64,000 bases of DNA from Nannocystis bainbridge (lineage in GTDB: Bacteria; Myxococcota_A; Polyangia; Nannocystales; Nannocystaceae): the NCBI RefSeq assembly GCF_028368995.1, contig NZ_JAQNDL010000003.1:992001-1056000 (forward strand). Direction: 5' to 3'. This document shows, piece after piece, positions 56,659 to 64,000 of this stretch (the first letter of the stretch is position 1; each line of letters begins with the position of its first letter). The translations under genes were made by a program, and so were the position numbers. Below the pieces are notes generated by a model. That model saw only the letters and a list, made by a program, of their open reading frames with translations, did not search any database and had not been told where the DNA came from.

Positions 56659-57201
56659 GTGCACGCCCCGCGCAGCTACACCGCCTTTGCCGGCGCTCGC
56701 CGGATCGCCTCCGGCAGCGCGCGGGAGGTCCTCCAGCGGCTCGGCGAGCTCGCCTGCGCCGGGCCCGTCCTCGTCTTCGACGACGCCACCGGGGCCCAGG
56801 TCGAGCTCGACCCGCGGCTCGCCGCTGACGACCCGCCCGCCCGCGCGGGCCCTGGTCGCCCGAAGCTCGGCGTCGTCTCGCGCGAGGTCTCGCTGCTCCC
56901 GCGGCACTGGGAGTGGCTCGAGCAGCAGCCGAGCGGCATCTCGGCCGCCCTGCGCCGGCTCGTCGAGGAGGCCATCCGGCGCGCCCCGGACGCGGAGCGG
57001 GCTCGCCTCGCGCGGGAGGCCGCGCACCGGGTCATGACCGCGCTCGCCGGCGACCTGCCCGGCTACGAGGAGGCCGCGCGGGCCCTGTTCGCGCGCGACG
57101 CCGGGCGCTTCGCCCAGACGACTCGCCGCTGGCCGGCCGACATCCGCGACCACCTCGCTCACATGCTGGGGCACGCCTTTCCGCCCGGAGACGACCCATG
57201 A
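56659..57201 (+). CDS. DUF2239 family protein
   Basis: YTAFAGARRIASG, VLVFDDATG, GPGRPKLGVVSREVSLLPRHWEWL, LAGDLPGYEEA. Confidence 0.9.
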   Translation: MHAPRSYTAFAGARRIASGSAREVLQRLGELACAGPVLVFDDATGAQVELDPRLAADDPPARAGPGRPKLGVVSREVSLLPRHWEWLEQQPSGISAALRRLVEEAIRRAPDAERARLAREAAHRVMTALAGDLPGYEEAARALFARDAGRFAQTTRRWPADIRDHLAHMLGHAFPPGDDP

Positions 57202-57578
57202 CCTCGCACCTCACCACCCGCGCCGAGCACAAGCGACAGTACCGCGAGCAGCCGCGGCAGGCCGGCATCTACCTCATTCGCAACACCGTCAGCGATCGCG
57301 TGCTGCTCGGCAGCAGCATGAATTTGCACGGCCCGCTCAACCGCCACCGCTTCCTGCTCTCGATCGGCGGCCACCCCAACCGCGCCCTGCAGGACGACTG
57401 GCGCCGCCTCGGCCCGGACGCCTTCGAGTTCACGATCGCCGAGGTCGTCGCGCCGCAGGACGCAGAGGCCGGCCCGCACGAGGACGAGCTCGCGTTCCTG
57501 GAGGACCTGTGGCTCGAGCGCACGGCGCCGCTCGGCGAACGCAGCTACAACCTGCACCCGCGGATCCGCGACACCTGA
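57198..57578 (+). CDS. Small GIY-YIG nuclease-family protein
   Basis: AGIYLIRN...VLLGSS, HPNRALQDDW...FEF. ATGA overlap with DUF2239. Confidence 0.85.
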   Translation: MTSHLTTRAEHKRQYREQPRQAGIYLIRNTVSDRVLLGSSMNLHGPLNRHRFLLSIGGHPNRALQDDWRRLGPDAFEFTIAEVVAPQDAEAGPHEDELAFLEDLWLERTAPLGERSYNLHPRIRDT

Positions 57579-57677
57579 GCGGGTCATCGACATGTCCAAA
57601 AGGACATGGTTGATGATTGACCCGATGCGCCGCGAACGCCGCGAGCGGCTCGCCGCGCGCCGGCTCGGGGCCCAGGT

Positions 57678-58169
57678 TCAGCGCCAGCGCAGCGTGATGA
57701 CCCTGCGCGCTCCGTCGTCGAGGCTCACCAGCTCGCTGGGCTCCGGCCCTTCGTCGTCGGGCATCCCGATCCGGCCCGCATAGGCGTGGACGTGCGCGAT
57801 TTTCGGCCAATGCGCGCGGAGCTGCTCGACGAGCAACCGCTCGATGAGTTCGAGGTCGGGCGTCGTGTCGGCCCCGAACCAGTCGACCCGCCCGAGCGGG
57901 TAGCTGTCGCGCGGATCGAGGAGCGTCCGGCCCGCGAGCAACACCAGGCCGTCGAGCGAGCACTCGTCGTAGTCGTATCCGTGCGCGTCATATGTGAAGA
58001 GCTCGACCGGGAAGCGCTCGAAGGCCCGCTCTGCCTCCACGTTGAACACGGCGAGCGCGACCTCCGGGAGATCACGGAGCGCCCCGGCGATGTTGAGGAG
58101 CTCCGCCTGCAACGCGGGTGACACGGCGGCGAGTGCCGCGCGAACCGACCGCTCGTCGACGCAACGCAT
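57678..58169 (-). CDS. Hypothetical protein
   Basis: 163-aa acidic ORF with plausible composition and no recognised motif. Confidence 0.5.
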   Translation of the reverse strand: MRCVDERSVRAALAAVSPALQAELLNIAGALRDLPEVALAVFNVEAERAFERFPVELFTYDAHGYDYDECSLDGLVLLAGRTLLDPRDSYPLGRVDWFGADTTPDLELIERLLVEQLRAHWPKIAHVHAYAGRIGMPDDEGPEPSELVSLDDGARRVITLRWR

Positions 58170-58357
58170 GGCCCGACTATAGGGCCGCTCCAGGGCAGGC
58201 GACCAGCGCGCGGACCCGAAGTTCGTCGGGGCTCACGCGGTACGGACGCCTGCTCGAGGGCCGAGCGCCCAATTCTTCGCCACGGCTCTACCCGCTCGGC
58301 GAGGCGGCCGGCTCGAGAAGCGCGTACCGGCTCGTTCGGAAACTACCGGCTCGCGTA

Positions 58358-59320
58358 TCACATCGCTTCAAAAAGATCCTCGTCGAGGTGCACGATCTTG
58401 AACGGCAGGATCGGCGCCTGATTGGTATAGAGCACGCGATAGACCTCGCTGTCGACCATGTAGAGCTGGCCCTCGGCCACCGTCGCGCTCGTCAGGCCTG
58501 TCGGCACCGAAGTCGTCGTGCGGACCGTCGCCTGGGTGTGGTCATTGCCTGAGAACGACAATTGCTGCACCCCGCCGTCGTAGATCACGTACAGCTTCGA
58601 CCCGAGGAATTCGAGCCCGTCCGGGCCGGGGAATCGCGGGTCGCCCGGGACCGAGAACAGGTCGCCGGAGAACGTCACTGCGTCGATCTCGGTCGGGTCG
58701 GACAGCGACACCCGGAAGAGCGCCGGCGGCATCGAGGTCACCACCATCAGGTCCTCGCCGCCGGGGGCGATGTCGAGGCCGTTGAGGCCCATCGCGCCGG
58801 GCGCCTGGGGGGCGAATTGCGGGCTGGTGGCGAACACCTCGGCCGTGTCGTCCTCGCCGATCCGGTAGATGTTCGGCAGCGCCGAATCGGTGGCGTACAC
58901 CGTGCCCGCGGCGTCGGTCGTCAAATCATTGCAGAACGACGGCTCGCCGAGGTCGATGGTCCGCGCGATGGTCCCGGCGTCGATGTCGAACGCGAGCACC
59001 TTCGAGTTCGGGACCGGGTCGGTCTTGACATCGACCTGACAGACCCACAAGAGGCGGCGTTCCGCGTCCACGTGCGCCCCGCTGAACGACACCAGCGGGT
59101 CGGGGGAGGCGTAGAACACCTGCTCGGGGCCCAGCGCGGTGATCCGCGTGATTTCGCCCCCATTGATGGCAGTGGCGAAGAACGAGAACGTCTCCTCGTC
59201 GTAGGCGATGCCCTCGGGCAACGAGGTCTTGCTCGCCAGCTTGTACTGCTCGGGCAGGGGCAGGTCACAGGCGAGGACGGGGAGCGCGGCGGCGATGGAC
59301 AGCAGGATGGGGTGCTTCAT
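58358..59320 (-). CDS. SMP-30/gluconolactonase-like beta-propeller lipoprotein
   Basis: Lipobox VLAC; LPEGIAYD, FCNDLTTD...VYATDS, GLNGL, GPDGL. Confidence 0.82.
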   Translation of the reverse strand: MKHPILLSIAAALPVLACDLPLPEQYKLASKTSLPEGIAYDEETFSFFATAINGGEITRITALGPEQVFYASPDPLVSFSGAHVDAERRLLWVCQVDVKTDPVPNSKVLAFDIDAGTIARTIDLGEPSFCNDLTTDAAGTVYATDSALPNIYRIGEDDTAEVFATSPQFAPQAPGAMGLNGLDIAPGGEDLMVVTSMPPALFRVSLSDPTEIDAVTFSGDLFSVPGDPRFPGPDGLEFLGSKLYVIYDGGVQQLSFSGNDHTQATVRTTTSVPTGLTSATVAEGQLYMVDSEVYRVLYTNQAPILPFKIVHLDEDLFEAM

Positions 59321-60307
59321 GGCGACCTTTCGTCGTCGGCGGTGAGATAACCAGCTGTTTGTGATCTGAAGGAGAGAACGGATCACAGGCCGAGACTACC
59401 CGGGTCCGCGCGGTACATCACGCGAACCACCCGCTGCATTGGCCCTCTGCAGCGGGCTGCCCGTGATGCCGAACGGCGTCCGCGAACCCGTCTTCGGGGC
59501 AGCGGATCGCGGGCCCGTCACGCGCACGCAACATGCGGTTCGTCGTTTGCGGCGGGTCCTTCGCGTCGATTCGCGGTCGAGGCTGGTGCCGACGACATCC
59601 GGGTACCGTGATCGGCGACCCGATGACCGGCAACTGGGTCGGCCAGCACCCGCGCCCGGCCGCCGTCCGCCCCCGTGGCCCCGCGAGCACCACCTTTTGA
59701 CCGGGCCATTCGCAGCCTCGCGGCGATCGCCGATGTTCCTCTCGGCGGCGGGGTCCTCGGGCGACTCGGGGCGGGTCCCGATCGCGGCAGCGCTGCGCGT
59801 CCGCTTTTGTCTCGCAAAGCGCTCGCGCCTCGCCGTCATGGATCGCTTGCGTCGTACGCGCGCAACGGCGAATCGCCGCGACCTCGCCACGCCTACATCG
59901 CGATCCATGTCGTCCTTCGCCCTCGGTCGCGGCCGGCGATCGAGCTCAAAAAATCTGCGGACCCCTGAGCAGCACCGGCGCCGGCGGGGCGCTCGACGAC
60001 GTGGCGATCACCGGCGTGACCTCCTACCGCTCGGCGCTCCGAGCGGACGCGAAGCGCTGCATCCTCCGCAGCATCGCGGGCTCGCCTCGCGTTCAGCCTA
60101 GATCTCGGACCCGCGCGTGGTCCCAGCCAGGGACATGCGCGGGTCTACCTGTCGCGACCCCGAGCAGGACGCGGCTGTGAAGCTCGGCCGCCGGCCCGAA
60201 CCGCGCGCGACGGCGCGGGCCGGTCATCGATGGCGCACAGCTGGGCGTGGAGGCGGCTCCGCATGCGGGCGAGCCTCGCAGGAGGCGGCTCCGAGCGCAA
60301 CCGCGCG

Positions 60308-61312
60308 TCAAGGACGCGGCGCCTCGCCCTCGAGCCGGGCGACGTACGTGCGACGGACCAGGACGAGCCCAAGGGCCGTCAGGGGCACCGCCACGACGAC
60401 CCCCAGCGCGCCGGCCAGCACACCCATCGCCGTCTGCGCGAGGATGGTCAGCGCCGGCGGCAACGACACCGCTCTTCGCTGGATCAGCGGCGTGACCACC
60501 GTGTTCTCGACGACCTGCACCCCGACGTAGAGGACGGCCACCCAGATGGCCGTCTGCGTCCCTTGCAGCAGGGCCAGCAGCAGCGCGGGCACTGCCGAGA
60601 GGATCGGACCGAAGTTCGGCACGAACACCATCACCCCGGCCACGAGCCCGAGGACCAGCGCGAGCGGCACTCCGAGGGCCCACAGCCCCACTGCCGTCGC
60701 CACGGCGACCAGCGTCATCGACACGAGCGAGCCCACGAGCCAGCGGCGCAGCACCTGGCCGCATTCGGCGACGAGCGCCCTCACCCGTGGCCGGGCATCC
60801 ACGGGGAACAGCCGGATCGCGTTGTCGATGTACACCCGCGGCTGCAAGGCCGCCCACAGGCCGACGACCGCGATCACGAACAGGCTGACGACCGCGCCGA
60901 ACGTCGTCGACAGCGCTCGACCGGCGCCCTGCATCGCCTCCGGCTGGGCGCCCTGCACCCGGGCGATCAGCCAGCGACCCCAGCGGTGTTGTTCGAGCAT
61001 CGCCGACAGCTCGCGCCATGCGTCGGGGATCTGCGCCATCATCTCGTCGAATTGCCGGCCGAACTCGGGCGCGATCGCAAACGCCGCGCCCGCCGCGGCG
61101 AGCACCAGCACCACCAATACGAGGGCGATCGACTGATTGGGCGACAGACGGGTGCGCGCGCTCAGCCAGTCCGCGGGGGCGCGCAACAGGACTGCAATCA
61201 GCACACCGGCGAACATCAGCAGCAATACGTCGACCAGCCACCACGCCAGCAGGACCCCCGCCGCCACCATGCCCGCGCGCACGAGGGCCGACGTCAAAGA
61301 TTGCGGCGACAT
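60308..61312 (-). CDS. AI-2E family transporter
   Basis: LRRWLVGSL, FVPNFGPILSAVP, QVVENTVVTPLIQ, SLPPAL. Confidence 0.9.
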   Translation of the reverse strand: MSPQSLTSALVRAGMVAAGVLLAWWLVDVLLLMFAGVLIAVLLRAPADWLSARTRLSPNQSIALVLVVLVLAAAGAAFAIAPEFGRQFDEMMAQIPDAWRELSAMLEQHRWGRWLIARVQGAQPEAMQGAGRALSTTFGAVVSLFVIAVVGLWAALQPRVYIDNAIRLFPVDARPRVRALVAECGQVLRRWLVGSLVSMTLVAVATAVGLWALGVPLALVLGLVAGVMVFVPNFGPILSAVPALLLALLQGTQTAIWVAVLYVGVQVVENTVVTPLIQRRAVSLPPALTILAQTAMGVLAGALGVVVAVPLTALGLVLVRRTYVARLEGEAPRP

Positions 61313-61751
61313 CAAGCGCCGTGCCCCTCTCGCTCGCGCTCGATCGAAGGCCCCGGGAGGGCCGCCGCGGTCCGTGAACGTCGCTTCGTTGTCCGCACCG
61401 GGGGATCCAAGCACAACAATTGCCGCGGTCGAATGCGCGGCTCCGCCAGGCTCGACCGTAGCCGACGAGGGCGAGCGCGCAGCCTTCGACGAGGTGCCGA
61501 GCCTGCTGGGATGCGTCAATTCAGGCATCCGCTTTTCGCCTGCGCCCCCGCGTCCTCGCGCAGCATGCGCGGCGGCGAGGTGTTCGTCGCGCGACGAACA
61601 CCTCGCTCAGGGAGCCCCGCTCTGGAATTCCCGAGATCGCGAACCTCGAGTCCGCGCGCGACTTCATGTCGATTCCACCCATTCGCCCCGCTGTCCCGTT
61701 CGCGAGGCCACCACACCCCGAAGGACCTCGTTCTCGCCGACGTGAAGCCCC

Positions 61752-63506
61752 GCTAGCCCGGATTTCTCACCACGGGTAGCGGAGCTTGCTGAGCGGCCTC
61801 TATCCGACCAGGCGCTCGGCGCTCGGTCGTCGGTGATAGGAGTCGCGGGCGACGCCGAAGCTTGCGCGAGATCGAGCTGTAGGGTGGATTACAAGCCCGG
61901 CGGGGCCCTTCCGAGCTACATGTCCATGAGGACATACGAATCCCGGCGCGGAGAGGCGCACCCATGCGGGCAGGAGGTTGTCGAGGATCGTCAGCGTCTC
62001 ATGAGCGTGATCGGCGGAGGTTGTCGAGGGCACGCCACCAGACGTGCTGGAAGGGGAAGACCGAGCTGAGGGAGATGTAGATGCGGCGGACCGAGGTCGT
62101 GATGATCGCGCCGATCTTGAGCAGCCGCGTGCGGATCGTGGAGACCTGGGCGTGCGCGAGTTCGGTACCGACGAGCGCGATTCGGCGGAGCTCGTTCAGG
62201 ATCATGTAGGCGACGGACGAGAGCCAGAGGCGGAGCTGGTTGGCGCGCAGCGTGTGCGCGCTCGTGCGGTCGGCGAAGAGGCCGAGCTGCTGCTCCTTGA
62301 TCCGGTTCTCCATGTCGCCGCGGGCGCAGTACAGGTCCTCGTAGAGGCCGCGGGCGTCATACTCGTCGCAGGACAGGTTGGTGGCGACGAAGCGCGGGTT
62401 CTCCTTGTCGGTCGTGTACTCGGCCTTGCCGACCACGCGGCGTTCGCAGGACCAGGACCGGTTCGTCTCGTATCGGAAATCCTTGAAGACCCGCGCGTTC
62501 TTGCCGGTGCGCTCGGCGATGGCGCGGGCCTCGCTCATCTCGGCGTCGATCTCCTCGATCAAGCGCGAGTTCTTCTGCAGGCCGAGGACGAAGTAGAGCC
62601 CGTTGTCCTCGCACCAGCGCATGAGGTCATCGCGGCAGAAGCCCGAGTCCCCACGCACGATGATCCGCACGCTCGGCCAGCGCGCGAGGATCTGCGCGAC
62701 GATCCGCTCCAGCTCCTCGACCGCATGGCTGGCCGGCTGCTCGTTGGCGGTGTTCAGCGCGGCACCGAGGAGGAAGTTGCCACAGAAGACGTACAGCGGC
62801 AGGTAGCAGTAGCCGTCATAGAAACCGTGAAAGAAGCGGTCCTCCTGCTGACCGTGCACCGGGTCGTCGGTCGCGTCGAGATCGAGGACGATCTCCGCCG
62901 GCGGTTCAGTGTGCGCGGCGAGGAAGGTGTCGACGAAGAGGCGTTGGATGCCGTGGTCGTCGTAGCTGATCTTCTTGTAGCGCTCGTCACCCGCGACGAT
63001 CGGCGTCGCCAGCTCCAGGCGGTTCAGCGTGCTCTTGCCGGCCAGCGCGTGGCCCCGGTCGCGCTCCCGCTTGCGCTGCTCGCCGGTCGGATCGGCCTTG
63101 CCGACCGCCAGTGCGAGCAAGGCGTCGTCGCGGAGCGTGTCATGGTCATTCAGGTCTTCGTAGCCGCACAGAAGGCCCAGCACACGCTGCGCCAGCAGCT
63201 CCTCGACGGTGTGCTCGATGCGGCTCGGGTCGCGGTGGTCCCGGAAGCAGGACGCGAACCTTCGAAACACACCTGAGCTCTTGGTCAGCTCGCGCAGCAG
63301 CAGCAAACCGCCGTCCGAGCTGACCCGTCCGGCGTCGAACGCAGCCTCGACCCGGCGCCGTCCGGCAGGTTGAAAATCGAACTCGGTGCGGATACACCTT
63401 GTCGTGTTCCGGCCGTACCCCTGGGTGGCAAGCAATCGTTTCACACCCGCTCAAACTCGGGAAGTACGGCCGGAATTCCTTACCGTGGTGAGAAATCCGG
63501 GCTAGG
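61752..63506 (-). mobile_element. Complete IS1380-family insertion sequence
   Basis: 23-bp perfect TIR CTAGCCCGGATTTCTCACCACGG (61753-61775 / 63483-63505); 5-bp target duplication GCCCC at 61747-61751 and 63507-63511. Confidence 0.95.
61999..63444 (-). CDS. IS1380-family DDE transposase
   Basis: FDAGRVSSDGG, GYEDLNDH, LDLDATDDPVHGQQE, RGDSGF, YCARGDMENRIKEQQ. Start codon uncertain. Confidence 0.95.
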   Translation of the reverse strand: MKRLLATQGYGRNTTRCIRTEFDFQPAGRRRVEAAFDAGRVSSDGGLLLLRELTKSSGVFRRFASCFRDHRDPSRIEHTVEELLAQRVLGLLCGYEDLNDHDTLRDDALLALAVGKADPTGEQRKRERDRGHALAGKSTLNRLELATPIVAGDERYKKISYDDHGIQRLFVDTFLAAHTEPPAEIVLDLDATDDPVHGQQEDRFFHGFYDGYCYLPLYVFCGNFLLGAALNTANEQPASHAVEELERIVAQILARWPSVRIIVRGDSGFCRDDLMRWCEDNGLYFVLGLQKNSRLIEEIDAEMSEARAIAERTGKNARVFKDFRYETNRSWSCERRVVGKAEYTTDKENPRFVATNLSCDEYDARGLYEDLYCARGDMENRIKEQQLGLFADRTSAHTLRANQLRLWLSSVAYMILNELRRIALVGTELAHAQVSTIRTRLLKIGAIITTSVRRIYISLSSVFPFQHVWWRALDNLRRSRS

Positions 63507-63544
63507 GCCCCTGCCGCGACGGTGATAGGCTCGTGTCCATCACG

Positions 63545-64000
63545 ATGCGCGACCCGTCGACGTGGCCCGACGCGGCCGGGGACAGCTCGGCCGCGTTGCC
63601 GCTGCGCGACGCCCCCGACGGCACAAATATCGACGGATGGTGCGCCGAGTTGGTCGCGCGCGTGCGGCCCGGCGGGTTCGAGCCCGCGACCGCCTCCGCG
63701 ACCGCGACCCTGGCCGGTCGCTATCGCCTGCTCCACCGCCTCGGCCGCGGCGGCGTCGGCGAGATCTGGTGCGCCGAGCACGTCGCATTGCGCAAAGAGG
63801 TCGCCGTCAAGCTGCTGCGCGACGAGCTGGCCGCCGACCCGCTGGTGCGCCGCCGATTCCTGCGCGAGGGCCGACTCGCGGCCGCCGTGCGTCACCCCGG
63901 CGTGGTCGACATCCTCGACGTCGGCGAGACCGACGACGGCTGCGTCTATCTGGTGATGGAGCGGCTGGTCGGGCGCACGCTCGCGGAGGAGGTCGAGTGG
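63545..64000 (+). CDS. Ser/Thr protein kinase (runs off window end)
   Basis: GRYRLLHRLGRGGVGEIW...VAVKLL...FLREG...HPGVVDILDVG...YLVME. Confidence 0.9.
   Translation, partial: MRDPSTWPDAAGDSSAALPLRDAPDGTNIDGWCAELVARVRPGGFEPATASATATLAGRYRLLHRLGRGGVGEIWCAEHVALRKEVAVKLLRDELAADPLVRRRFLREGRLAAAVRHPGVVDILDVGETDDGCVYLVMERLVGRTLAEEVEW

Noticed and set aside
59400-60300. Gene or ncRNA in the long intergenic gap
   Set aside because: No ORF with coding-like composition and no recognisable RNA motif.
1-64000. tRNA or rRNA genes
   Set aside because: None recognised by eye.

Overview
Very GC-rich (~70%) myxobacterial DNA. The Cys-rich lipoproteins, FHA/Ser-Thr kinase proteins and DUF1552/DUF1592 genes suggest a Nannocystis/Polyangium-like organism. 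From left to right the window holds: a thiol-disulfide operon (VKOR-DsbA, OmpA-like, TlpA); twin Cys-rich repeat/DUF1554-like lipoproteins with an orphan C-terminal relic; an FHA-GGDEF fusion; a nuclease-less type ISP-like methyltransferase; a partial type VI secretion locus (tssB, tssC, hcp, clpV) with a Ser/Thr kinase and two related FHA membrane proteins (WD40; LysM-MepA); a defence island with a decayed CD-NTase split by an IS3 remnant and an intact DUF6361-like/PLD/SNF2-helicase operon; a PP2C phosphatase; assorted lipoproteins; an AHL lactonase; an ECF/anti-sigma/DUF1552-DUF1592/CBM2 cluster with a shared promoter motif; MFS-LysR; a DUF2239-GIY-YIG operon with a clear promoter and operator; and a complete IS1380 element. 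The most striking unexplained signal is a 14-bp palindrome, TGTCC-N4-GGACA, repeated across the whole window: intergenic, in head-to-tail arrays, inside genes and inside IS elements. All domain calls are by motif recognition only; no searches were run.
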